A stretch of DNA of 64,000 bases from Vulcanimicrobiota bacterium (GTDB lineage Bacteria > Vulcanimicrobiota > Vulcanimicrobiia > Vulcanimicrobiales > Vulcanimicrobiaceae). This document shows, one piece after another, positions 54,036 through 63,721 of this stretch; within the stretch, counting starts at the first letter, position 1; each line of letters opens with the position of its first letter. The notes beneath the pieces were generated by a model. That model ran no database searches and was not told the origin of the DNA. It saw only the letters and a program-made list of their open reading frames with translations. Position numbers and translations under genes: made by a program. The stretch covers positions 256,001 through 320,000 of the forward strand of contig CAWETW010000001.1 in NCBI GenBank assembly GCA_963812155.1, in the 5' to 3' direction.

Positions 54036-57000
54036 CTACGGCGCAAGCGCGTCCTGCGCGGGACTACGGCGCGCGAAGGCGACGGACCGGCGCCGCCGCG
54101 ACGCGAGCCTGGGGCGGGGCGCACGAGGTAGAGACCGAGCGGCACGGCGTAGTTGAGTTCGGGAACCGGCATGGCATCGAAGCCGCGCGCCTTGATGTCG
54201 TCGGCCGTCGCCCCGGCCAAACGTCCGCACTGCAACAGCGCCGGAACGACGCTCGGATCGGCCGGATCGAGTTCGTACCACGTCCCGGCGGAGGCCAAGT
54301 GCGGCGTAATCGTCCAGTTCGCCGTCGCGCTGCCGTTGGCAAAGTGATGCTGCAGCTCCGCGAGCGCTTGCGTCGCGACCCCGTGCGCGTCGTTCGTGCA
54401 CAGCGCGCCGATTGCGTGCACTTCGAACGGCGTCTTCGGCGCCGCCGACGGCAGCGCGTAGATGCGGAACGATTCTTGTCCGGCTTGCTGCTGGCGCGCG
54501 ACGAAGTAGAGGCCGACCGAGGGCATGAACGTCAGTTGCGGTACGAAGAAGAGCGTGCTCGACGGCGCGTACAAATGCCGCGTGGTGAGATCGTCGCTAC
54601 GTGCAATGTGTAGCGGCAGGCACCCCGCGACCGAACGGAGTCCGGCCGCGCCTTTGACGATAATCGTGAGCGCGTAGGTCGTGCCTAGGCCGTGATAGGT
54701 GACGGCCGCGCCGGTCACCACCGGTGCCGACATCGAAGACGGATAGCCCGCGGCGGTTTTGGCCGCTTCGATCCGCGCGACGTACGCTTTCAGTTCGGAC
54801 GAGAGCGTCTGCGCTTTGGTCATCGCGTCGCCGCTGCAGCGCTGCGCATCGGCGTTGACGGCGAATGGATCCGGCGGCGGCGACGCCGGCAAAGGCGCGA
54901 AGAACCCGCGGCCGCCGCCGCCGCCGCCGCCAGGGCCTCCCGGGCCGCCGGGCCCGCCCGGGGGTCCGCCTTCTCCGCGCGCGCCACGCGGCAAGTTGAA
55001 GGCCGAACCGGTTTGCGACGACGCCAGGCCCTGACCGAACTTCATTCCATAGGTCATCGAGTACGAACGCGGCGTCAACGGTCGCGCGATCGTTGGGATC
55101 GTTGCCCCGTAGAGCGTTTGGTAGGGCACCGCATTGGCCGGGCCGGCAAAAATGCCCCCGAACGTGTTCGTGATGTTGCTGGCGGCAAAGGTCAACGTTC
55201 CGCGGGAGAGCGCGGCGGTCACGCCGGCATCGAACGTCGTGTATGCCGGCAAGTTGTTCGGATTGTTCTTTGCAGTGTATTGCGCGTCGGCGAGCCACTC
55301 GAGCGCCGAATGCGGCGCTTTATAGTCGAAGACGATCCCGGCTCGCTGGAGCGGTTGGTTCGGCAACTGCTCGCCCGAAATCGTAATCGAGTACGGGTTC
55401 GAAAAGTACGGCGAGCCCGATTCGGCCGTCGAGACGGTGACGTTGTAGTACGGCTGAACGACGAGATTCCCGAAGGTTGCGTAGCCGGTCAACTCGGCGC
55501 CTTGGTAGACGCGCTTCACGCCCGAGATCGGCGTGGAGAAATACAACTGCTGCGGCCCGAACGCGGTGCCGGCCTTGAGATTACAGCCGGCCGCCGAATC
55601 GTAGATCTGTTCGACCTGCGCGAAGTATCCCGGCGGGAAGAGGCCTTGGCCGAGCAAGGCGGAGCCGTTGACGAGCACCGGGAGCAGCACGCCGGCTTGG
55701 ATTTGCCGGTAGAGCTGGAGCGATACGTTGCCGCCGTGCATGGAGTGCGTGTAGCCGGCGCGATACGAGATCGACGAGCTCGGGCCGGGCTCGTCGCCGG
55801 GCGCGCTGCCGTAGGCGGTGTCCTGCGGCGGATTTCCCGAACACGTAAAGCGCAGCGACGCCGGATCGCTGAGGATATTGACGCGCCCCGGATTGCCGGC
55901 CACGCCGCCCACGGCATACGAGGCGCTGTAGCTGTCGAATGGCGTCGGACGCCACGTCGCTGCCAAGCTTCCGAGTGCGGTGACGCCCTCGGAACCGGTT
56001 GCGCTGCTCGCGCCGGCCGACGCGGCCAACGTCAGCCGATCGCTCGAGTGCATCGTGTCGGTGACCGTGATCGCGCCGTAGTCGCTGGTGACGCTGCCGT
56101 TGTAATACGGTGCGGACTGCGGAACCAGCGGCGAGGTGACGTTCTGCGACGAGGTCCCGTAGGCTTGGAGCGAGATCGTGTGCTTCTGTTTGGCCGGCAA
56201 CGTCGCGTTGACGACGAAGCCGGTCGTTTTCGTCAGCGTATTGAACCCGTTCGGATCGCTCGTGGGCTCGGGAAGCGGACCGGTCGAGACGTCGATGTAG
56301 CGGTTGAGCTGGTCGAGATCGTTCGTCGACGTGCTCGAAAAGAGCGACGCTTGCAGCTGCGTCGCGCCGAGCAGCGCGTTGTCGGTCAGCGAGTAGAGCT
56401 GGACGCTGCCGTTGTTCCAGTTATCGGGACCGTAGCCGCAGGGCAACGCCGGCGAAGCGCCCTGGCGCAGGCAAACGATCTCGGTGTTGCGCGCCGAGTT
56501 GAGGAACGTTCCGGTCAACGCCTCCGCATCGCCCAACTCGTAGCGCAGTTTCAACAGGTTGCCCGAATAGTCGGTGTCGCCGTCGTGATTGTACGCAAGT
56601 CCGCTGGCATCGAGGAAGTACTGTCCGTCGACGAGGCTCGGGACCAGCCGGTACACCGTCTGCGCGGCGATTCCCAGTTTCCCGATGGATCCGGTCTCGC
56701 CCACCGAGTAGTTGTACTTGCCGTTGCTGCCGACCGACGTCGTCAGTTGCGAATTCCAGCTCAGGGTCGGCTCGAGCGTCGTAAAGTTCACCGAGCCGCC
56801 GAGCCCGCCGACCTGCGCGCCCATGATGCACGGAGGCACCTTGGAACAAGTCGCTCGCGAAGCCGCGCAGGTTTCCGGCCGTTCCGGGTGCGTTGAGCGG
56901 AATGCCGTCGAGCGTCAGCGCGGTTTGGCTCGCGTCGTGGCCTTCGAGCGAAATCGTTTGTGTCGCGTCGCTATCGTCGCTGCTGGTGGTCACGCTCACG

Positions 57001-57461
57001 CCCGAGAGTTTGTTGAGCGCGCCGGCGAGGTCGTCCGAAAGCCGTCGCTGCGGCGAGTTCTGATCGATACTCGTCGACGAGATGACGGCCGAAGCTTTGA
57101 CGCTGACCGTTCCGATGACTTTCAGACCGCCGGTATCTTGAACGAGCGCGACCGCGACGTTGACGAGCCGGCCGTTGACGACCTCGAACGAAGTCGACGT
57201 GAGGCTCTGGTAGCCACGCTTGACGATGCGCGCGCGATAGATGCCGTCGGGGACGTCGGTGAACTTCACGGTGCCGTTGGCGCCGGTGATTTCCGACGTG
57301 ATGACCGCACCGTCGAGCAACACCCGGGCGAGTCCAATCGGTTGTTTGCTTGCGGCGTCGATCACGACGATCGTAATCTCGCCCGAATCGGATTGCGAGA
57401 ACGCGGGTACGGCCAACAGCGCGACGGCGAAAGCCAGTCCCGCGGCAATTATCCGGAACAT
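54036..57461 (-). CDS. TonB-dependent receptor-like protein with N-terminal carboxypeptidase-regulatory-like domain and long C-terminal extension (frameshifts near 56826 and near the 3' end)
   Basis: Signal peptide; TGANG.VKF..VPDG.Y; plug motifs LDGIPL and GGSVNF; barrel motifs LPAYTTFD, SNITN, PRSY. Confidence 0.75.
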
Positions 57462-57533
57462 GCTCGCCGGGAATTGTAAGCGGCGGATCCTCAAGAGTCC
57501 CTGTGACCTACGGCGCGCGTCGTGTGAAGGCGA

Positions 57534-58922
57534 TTAGAGTCTGATGGTGACGGCCGTGCCGTGCCCGGGAGCGCTATCGATCGCGATGTCGCCGCCGGCG
57601 CGCTCGACCGCGCGCTTGGCGATGGCGAGTCCAAGCCCCGTCCCCGCAATTTCGCCGCGTTCGTCGCCGCGATAGAAGCGCTCGAAGGCGTGCACGCGCT
57701 CCGATTCGGACATCCCCGGCCCTTCGTCACGGACCGTGATGATGGTGTGGCCGTTGGTTCGCGCTGCGCCGAGGTGAATCGGTGCCTCAGGCGCGTACTT
57801 GAGCGCGTTCTCGACGATGTTCCAGATGGCTTCGCCGAGTTCGCTGCGGTCGGCTTCAATCGTACGGACGCCTTGAATGCTGTAGTCGATGACGCGGTGG
57901 TCGTCGAGCCGGCGCGCAGCTTCGCACTGTCCGCGCAGGAAGTCGCCGACGTCGATCTCTTCCACGCGCGGCACTGCTTCCGAATCCAGGCGCGCAAGCC
58001 GCATGAGCCGGTCGATGAGGCTGCGCATGTGCTCCTTCTCGAGCGACATGGTGGAGAGGATCTGTCGCGCGATGGTCGGCTCTTCGATCGCGCCCCGGCG
58101 CAAAACGTCGATATAGCCGCCGATGACGGTCAGCGGCGTACGCAGTTCGTGCGACGCGTCGGCGGCAAACTGTCGCATCCGCTCTTCCGCCCGGCGCCGG
58201 TCGTCCATCACCGCGGCGACGCTCGCGGCCGCGTCGTTATACGCCTGCGTGAGCGACGCGACTTCGTCGCCGCCTTTCATGATGAAGCGGCGTTGCGTAT
58301 AGTCGCCGCCCGCCAGCGCTTCGAGCGAGCTGCTGACTTCCTCGATCGGCTGGAGTGCTCGCGACGCGAAGAGGCGCCCGGCATACCACGAGATGCCCAT
58401 GGCGAGAATCGCGATCGTCAAGACGATGCGCCAGTACGGCACGAGCGACACGAACAGCAGCGGCGTCGACGAAACGAAGGCGACGTATCCGCCGTTGACG
58501 GCGGCCAGTGAGAGCGGATCGAAACGCGTCGGATCCGGAGGAGGCGGTCTTCCGGGCCCGTGTGGAGGCGGGCGGGGAATGAAGTGTTCCATGCCGCCGA
58601 GTGCGAGCACGCGATCGAGCACCTTCGGCCGAAGATCCTTATCGCCGGCGAGATAATGACCTTTCGCATCGAAAACGGTGACGCGCAGGCCGATGCCGCT
58701 CAGAGCCCCCACGATCTCCGGAGCGGCCTGTGCGAGCGACATCCCCTCGCGATGGAAGCGATCCGCGAGAATGCGAGCCTCTTCATGCTTGGCGATCACT
58801 ACGTCCACGGTGAACCTGGACAGCTCCAGGACGAGCGCGCCGGACGACGCAAGGATGACGATCAGCACCGTCACGATCAACAGCACCGCGTACAGCGCGG
58901 AGAGTCGTGAGGCAAGCTTCAT
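57534..58922 (-). CDS. HAMP-domain sensor histidine kinase
   Basis: Two TM segments; DASHELRTPL, NALKY, DEGPG, FERFYR, GTGLGL. Confidence 0.93.
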   Translation of the reverse strand: MKLASRLSALYAVLLIVTVLIVILASSGALVLELSRFTVDVVIAKHEEARILADRFHREGMSLAQAAPEIVGALSGIGLRVTVFDAKGHYLAGDKDLRPKVLDRVLALGGMEHFIPRPPPHGPGRPPPPDPTRFDPLSLAAVNGGYVAFVSSTPLLFVSLVPYWRIVLTIAILAMGISWYAGRLFASRALQPIEEVSSSLEALAGGDYTQRRFIMKGGDEVASLTQAYNDAAASVAAVMDDRRRAEERMRQFAADASHELRTPLTVIGGYIDVLRRGAIEEPTIARQILSTMSLEKEHMRSLIDRLMRLARLDSEAVPRVEEIDVGDFLRGQCEAARRLDDHRVIDYSIQGVRTIEADRSELGEAIWNIVENALKYAPEAPIHLGAARTNGHTIITVRDEGPGMSESERVHAFERFYRGDERGEIAGTGLGLAIAKRAVERAGGDIAIDSAPGHGTAVTIRL

Positions 58923-58937
58923 CGCGTTAAGGCTTCG

Positions 58938-59615
58938 CTATTGCGAAAGGCCGTACCCCACACCTCGAACGGTTCGGATGAACGACCCGGGCTCGCCGGG
59001 CCGATCGATCTTGGCGCGCAGGTATGAGATGTAGGTTTCGACGATGTTCGGGCCGCCCTCGAAATCGTGCCCCCACACGATCTCCAGCAGATGGTCTTTG
59101 CTGAAGACCCGCCGCGGTTCGCGCAAGAAAACTTCCAACAGATCGAATTCACGCTGGGTAAATTCGAGCGGCTCCTTCCCGCGCCATGCCTCACGCGTTC
59201 CCGGATTGATGGCGATATCGCGCCAACGAAGAACGTTCTCCTCGATGAGCTGGGGCCGCCGCAGTTTGGCCTGAAGCCTCGCGATCAGCTCCTCAAAGAC
59301 GAACGGCTTCACGAGATAGTCGTCGGCCCCCGAACTAAGGGAGCGGACCTTGTCGTCGGTGCCACCCTTGGCCGTCAGCATGAGGATCGGCGCTTGCGTG
59401 ATTTCCCGCAGTCGCGGCAAGAGCGTCACGCCGTCGATCTTCGGCATCATGATGTCGAGAACGATGAGCTCGGGGTCGAACGCCTTGACGAGTTCCAGTG
59501 CAGCAAAACCGTCGGTTGCCGTCTTTACTTCATAGCCTTCTCGCGAAAGGCCCAATTCGAGCATTTCCCGGACCATTCGGTCGTCGTCAATGACCGCTAC
59601 ACGAGCGTTAGGCAT
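58938..59615 (-). CDS. OmpR/MprA-family response regulator
   Basis: DDD, LDIMMP, LTAK, GADDYLVKPF, YLRAKI, TVRGVGY; start may be 59624. Confidence 0.94.
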   Translation of the reverse strand: MPNARVAVIDDDRMVREMLELGLSREGYEVKTATDGFAALELVKAFDPELIVLDIMMPKIDGVTLLPRLREITQAPILMLTAKGGTDDKVRSLSSGADDYLVKPFVFEELIARLQAKLRRPQLIEENVLRWRDIAINPGTREAWRGKEPLEFTQREFDLLEVFLREPRRVFSKDHLLEIVWGHDFEGGPNIVETYISYLRAKIDRPGEPGSFIRTVRGVGYGLSQ

Positions 59616-59673
59616 AGTATACATCTACGTTGCATCCTGGGGCCGGGACCTTGGAGCGCGCTGAACCAGGGTG

Positions 59674-60129
59674 CTACGCCGCTCGCAAAGGGGACCGCCA
59701 GCGCGAGACCCGCTGTCCGCAAACCAGCGACGCCTGTTCGATGCTTTCCAAGGGGTGGATCATCATGCAGACGCCGGCCGCTGCAAGTTCCGCGTCCATC
59801 CGAGCATCCGGCGACCAACGGGCGAACAGGTGGATTTCCGGCGTCCCGGCCGCCCGGGCGACCTGGCCGATCACCTCGGCAAGGGAGCATTCGCGCCGTT
59901 CCAAGAGCGGCTCGACCACGGCCTCGCGGAAGTACCGGCGGCTTGATCCCGAGATCATCGCGATGATCCGGGAGAGCTCGGCCGGATCGGCCGCCTCGAA
60001 GTCGATGATGGCTGCCTTCACGATCTCGGCGAGACGCCGGTCGGTCTGCGCGTGAAGCGTTGCGCCGGCGATCGACGCCTCGGGCCCGGCCGTCAGGAGC
60101 GCTCCAGCCCCAATCAAATACTCGTCCAT
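59674..60129 (-). CDS. Hypothetical protein
   Basis: 151-aa ORF from MDEYLIG with GGGAG upstream; no family recognised. Confidence 0.55.
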   Translation of the reverse strand: MDEYLIGAGALLTAGPEASIAGATLHAQTDRRLAEIVKAAIIDFEAADPAELSRIIAMISGSSRRYFREAVVEPLLERRECSLAEVIGQVARAAGTPEIHLFARWSPDARMDAELAAAGVCMMIHPLESIEQASLVCGQRVSRWRSPLRAA

Positions 60130-60186
60130 ACTCCCAGTTTGGGACCCAAGAGTGCCAACTGGCTGGCTTTCAAGTTCTGAGGGCAC

Positions 60187-60217
60187 AAAAATAGAGGCGC
60201 CGCAGATGCGGCGCCTC
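60187..60217 (-). terminator. Intrinsic terminator
   Basis: GAGGCGCCGC-ATCT-GCGGCGCCTC followed by TATTTTT. Confidence 0.85.
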
Positions 60218-60354
60218 CCGCCCACAACCCGGTTTGTGGAGGTTCCCGTGCCGTCGATGGGCCGGTACGGGAGAGCTGAGAGCCCGGGTTGTTTCGCTCG
60301 GGTGTGGGCACTCGAGCCTTTCCTTAGCAGTAGATCGTTAGGGCTTGTAACGCC

Positions 60355-60426
60355 TCACGCGATGAGCGTGGGTGGCGTCACGATGCTTACGATCAGCCCT
60401 AAGAGCATGAGGAGCATGTGATGCAT
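60355..60426 (-). CDS. Unannotated 23-aa hydrophobic peptide MHHMLLMLLGLIVSIVTPPTLIA
   Basis: GGGAGG SD 9 nt before the ATG; own promoter upstream and terminator downstream. Confidence 0.6.
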   Translation of the reverse strand: MHHMLLMLLGLIVSIVTPPTLIA

Positions 60427-60472
60427 AGTTGCCAACCTCCCAAGAAACGGTGAACATGGGCCTAGGTTAGCC

Positions 60473-60510
60473 CGTATAGCCTCGTCAGGTCCCTAGGTCA
60501 AATTACCTAG
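60473..60510 (-). promoter_or_regulatory. Promoter TTGACC-N17-TATACG overlapped by palindromic operator CTAGGT-N6-ACCTAG
   Basis: -35 at 60496-60501, -10 at 60473-60478, palindrome at 60493-60510, extra CTAGGT half-site at 60462-60467. Confidence 0.65.
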
Positions 60511-63014
60511 TCCAGAATGCCGGCGCGCCGGCTCAGAACGAGCGCTTGGACACGACCGTTGCAACGCAGTTTCGAGATCACGTTGCCGATGTGGTTTCTG
60601 ATTGTTTTCACTGTACAGTTCCGACGAAACGCGATCTCTTTTGGGCTGAGTCCTTCTGCCAATAACCGAATTGTCGCTATCTCTGCTGCAGTTAGCTGTT
60701 CTCCGGTTGATCGCTTCGTCTTCGCGCTCAAAGCAGCAAATGTCGCCCGCAGCAATCGAGTCAAATGCGCATAGCCCAATGGTTCCAGCCGATCGAGTAA
60801 AGGTGCGCCCGTCTCGATCGTTGCCATATCGCTGGAACGTATTTTTGAAACGGTTTCAACGCCGATACGCCTGATAAGCGCCGTGACCGGGTCATCTGTG
60901 TCCGTTCCAATTCGCCCACAAATGCGTTCAGCGTGAGCGAGCCTACCATTTGCTGCTTCGGCTAACGCGCAGCAAAGTAGAGCCGTCGCAACGGATCTAT
61001 GCGAAAAAGGACCTTCAGTCGTAAGCCCTGCCGTAAGACAAAGTATCTCTTCCGTCAAGGTTACAGATGCCGCACGTTTATCATCAATTGCTAAGAAGAG
61101 CGCACACTCTGCGCCGGAAACGACGCGATCAATATCGTGATGAAGCATGCGCCATGAACCGGCCAGCAAGCGGTGTGCCTCTGCAAACTTACCCTCCCAG
61201 GCGAGCCTAAGGGCCGCGGGCGGTACGAGATAGTGGCTCCGGGACTGGTCTCTAGCCTTTGCGCTAGCCAAGCGATGCTCAATATCGACGCTTTGCTGTA
61301 GATTTCCACAACGCAACTCTGCAACGAGTAATTGTAACATTGACGTTTCTATATCGAACGCATCTCCAGCCTTGTTCGCCTCTTCAGCCGCCTTTTGTGC
61401 GTACCAGAGTTGCCATTCGACATCATCGAATGCGTGAAGCATGAGATTAGAAAGGTTGGCATATGCCCTGCTCGCCAAACTAAACAACTCCAGCTCGCTC
61501 GCGAGTTCTGCGGCTTGTGAGAGGAGCTTTCTAGCCGAGCCGTTCTCGCCGACGTACATTGCGGCAACGCCCAAACGCTGGAACACCTTTGCACGAACCG
61601 AATCCGGTTCCAACCTGCGAAGAATCGCTTTTACCCTCCGCATCGCCTGCATTGCTGCGCCACGCTGTCCTGATCGCGCGAAGTGGGCGGTCAGTATTGA
61701 AAGCGCTTCCGCTCTTTGAGCGGCCGATTGGCGCCTATCAAGCGAAATGGGATTTAGTAGCTCCGTTATGTCTTCACCCCGATTTGCCATTAGAAGTGCA
61801 AGCCTGAACGTAGCAGTCGCGACGAGCTCGCGGTCGTTTTTGGCGTGAGCAATTGAACGACGTAAGAGCGCTTCGGCGCGGACGGGTTTACCGGCCAGGG
61901 ATTGCAGAACGCCACGAAGCGCAAGTATGCGCGGATTCGTGCGGCGCGAGGGTTCATCCAGCGCCACAACGGCATTGGAAACGCATTCCGCGCGCCCGCG
62001 CTCCAGCAGATCGAAGCCGCTCGTTTCCAGAATACGGAGAAGGTCGGGCTGCGATCGCGCAGGTCCGTACGTGATGAGTGCGGCTTCCATCTGTCCGGCG
62101 GATTCGAGCGCTTTTGCCGCCCGGAGGTTAACCGCGGCATACCGGTGACTGCCGGCGAGAGCCGTCTGACGGCGCAAGAAATCGCGAACGATGGTTGACG
62201 TGCGAAAGCGACGATTCTCCTCAAAGAGAAGCCCCGTATGCTTTCGCGTCACTTCCAAGGTTTGCAAGGCGTCGGGAAATCCGGCGATCTCGAGTATGCC
62301 GGCGTCTATTTCGGGCAGAGCGGCCGCGACCTCGAGCAACTCGCGCTCGCGGTCGCCCAGCACCGGATAAACTTGATCGCGCAGATAGTCCATCGCGGTT
62401 TCCCGAACGAACGTCCGAACGTCGCGCTTTGCCATTCCGCTCTTCAGCGCTCTGACGGCTATTGCGACGGCTGCCGGCCAGCCCTCGGTAAGGGCGGCGA
62501 TTTCAGCGATGTCATCGGCTTCAAACCCTACACCCGAAAGACGGCACGCCTCCGCAATTTCCTCATCGGTGAAGCGCAAATCGCAAACGCCGATCGGCAA
62601 TTCGCAGTTGCCTTGCGCGAGCCACGTGCCCACCGGCAGCGCGTCAACCGCTCGCGTCGCGACCACCCAACGCGCTTGTACGTTTTCAGCGATGAGCTCA
62701 ACCAGGCCGCGAGCCGTTTCGGCGGAAGCCCGCTCGAATGCGTCGACGACGACGGTGCCGCGAAACTGTTTCGAGATAACCGATGTGTCGAACGCTTCGT
62801 TCGTCACGTCGATGGCGATCGTTTCTTCGGAATGTTGGGCGAGATACTGTTGCAGCGCTATCGACTTGCCGTAACCGGCAGATGCAGCAACCAATACGAT
62901 CCGCCGCTCACTCGCTTTGGCGAACCGCTCGACCACTCGCGGGCGCGCCACGATCTCGGCATCGATTCTGCTTTCCCGAAACGACGATGCACCTCGATCT
63001 GAAATCGAACGCAT
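60507..63014 (-). CDS. MalT-like large LuxR-family transcriptional regulator
   Basis: Walker A-like ASAGYGKS, LRFTDEE, TEGWPAA, helical TPR-like centre, C-terminal LuxR HTH (LTAAE...LLAEGLSPKEIA...KTIRNH...KL). Confidence 0.88.
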   Translation of the reverse strand: MRSISDRGASSFRESRIDAEIVARPRVVERFAKASERRIVLVAASAGYGKSIALQQYLAQHSEETIAIDVTNEAFDTSVISKQFRGTVVVDAFERASAETARGLVELIAENVQARWVVATRAVDALPVGTWLAQGNCELPIGVCDLRFTDEEIAEACRLSGVGFEADDIAEIAALTEGWPAAVAIAVRALKSGMAKRDVRTFVRETAMDYLRDQVYPVLGDRERELLEVAAALPEIDAGILEIAGFPDALQTLEVTRKHTGLLFEENRRFRTSTIVRDFLRRQTALAGSHRYAAVNLRAAKALESAGQMEAALITYGPARSQPDLLRILETSGFDLLERGRAECVSNAVVALDEPSRRTNPRILALRGVLQSLAGKPVRAEALLRRSIAHAKNDRELVATATFRLALLMANRGEDITELLNPISLDRRQSAAQRAEALSILTAHFARSGQRGAAMQAMRRVKAILRRLEPDSVRAKVFQRLGVAAMYVGENGSARKLLSQAAELASELELFSLASRAYANLSNLMLHAFDDVEWQLWYAQKAAEEANKAGDAFDIETSMLQLLVAELRCGNLQQSVDIEHRLASAKARDQSRSHYLVPPAALRLAWEGKFAEAHRLLAGSWRMLHHDIDRVVSGAECALFLAIDDKRAASVTLTEEILCLTAGLTTEGPFSHRSVATALLCCALAEAANGRLAHAERICGRIGTDTDDPVTALIRRIGVETVSKIRSSDMATIETGAPLLDRLEPLGYAHLTRLLRATFAALSAKTKRSTGEQLTAAEIATIRLLAEGLSPKEIAFRRNCTVKTIRNHIGNVISKLRCNGRVQALVLSRRAGILD

Positions 63015-63105
63015 GCACGTCGATTCTCACCGGAGCAAACGCGCGCCTCCGTTTACTGTTGCTGAAGCTCGGGCTGCCGTACCGCGCAACCGGTTACGCA
63101 ACGCT

Positions 63106-63672
63106 TTACGCTGCGACGAGTTCCACCGCATACGCACCGCAGCGCAGCATTCGAATCGTTCCGGTGCAAAAGTCGTACACGAGCACGCCGCGCAGGCCCT
63201 TACCGCGGTACGCTCGAGCGGCATTGCGAATGGCGCGCATCGCGTCGAGCCGCTTTCCGTCGTTCGCGAGCCGGCGGAATACGACGCCGTAGAGGCCGCC
63301 TCGGCGCCCGTAGAGCACCGCGTCAAACGGACGCGCGGCGGCGCCGAGCGCGACGACGTCGTGTCGCCGAATGGCAAATAGCCGCGACGCTAAACGGCTA
63401 CGGACGAACGTCTGCAGATCGTTGAGAATACGGTCGCGTTCGGCAAACAGGAGGGCGGGACGGATCGCCTGCCCAGCGCGACGCACGAGCCGTTCGAAGC
63501 GGACGAGGGCGTCGTCGGCGAGGACGCGCGGACCGGGAGTGCCGGCGCCGCGCTCCCGCGTCAGGCTCACGCTGGCGATCGCCTCCCGCATGGCGCGTTC
63601 GCTGAGTTTCGGAAGGCGCTTCGCCGCGAGGATCGAGTCCATTGGCGGCATCGTACGCACCGGAAGTGCCAT
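63106..63672 (-). CDS. Hypothetical protein
   Basis: 188-aa ORF; the C-terminal half loosely resembles a degenerate PD-(D/E)XK fold. Confidence 0.5.
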   Translation of the reverse strand: MALPVRTMPPMDSILAAKRLPKLSERAMREAIASVSLTRERGAGTPGPRVLADDALVRFERLVRRAGQAIRPALLFAERDRILNDLQTFVRSRLASRLFAIRRHDVVALGAAARPFDAVLYGRRGGLYGVVFRRLANDGKRLDAMRAIRNAARAYRGKGLRGVLVYDFCTGTIRMLRCGAYAVELVAA

Positions 63673-63721
63673 ATGGCTGGCACGATGCGTACGCTGCTGC
63701 TAAGAATCTCGAGTGGCGGCG

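Noticed and set aside
60114..60311. 65-aa ORF with an AAGGAAAGG SD-like sequence
   Set aside because: It runs through the structured region and terminator and overlaps the next start; an RNA element is more likely, though translation is not excluded.
60219..60320. tRNA, tmRNA, SRP RNA or known riboswitch call
   Set aside because: I recognised no cloverleaf/T-loop, SRP GGAA loop or riboswitch consensus; kept only as an unassigned structured RNA.
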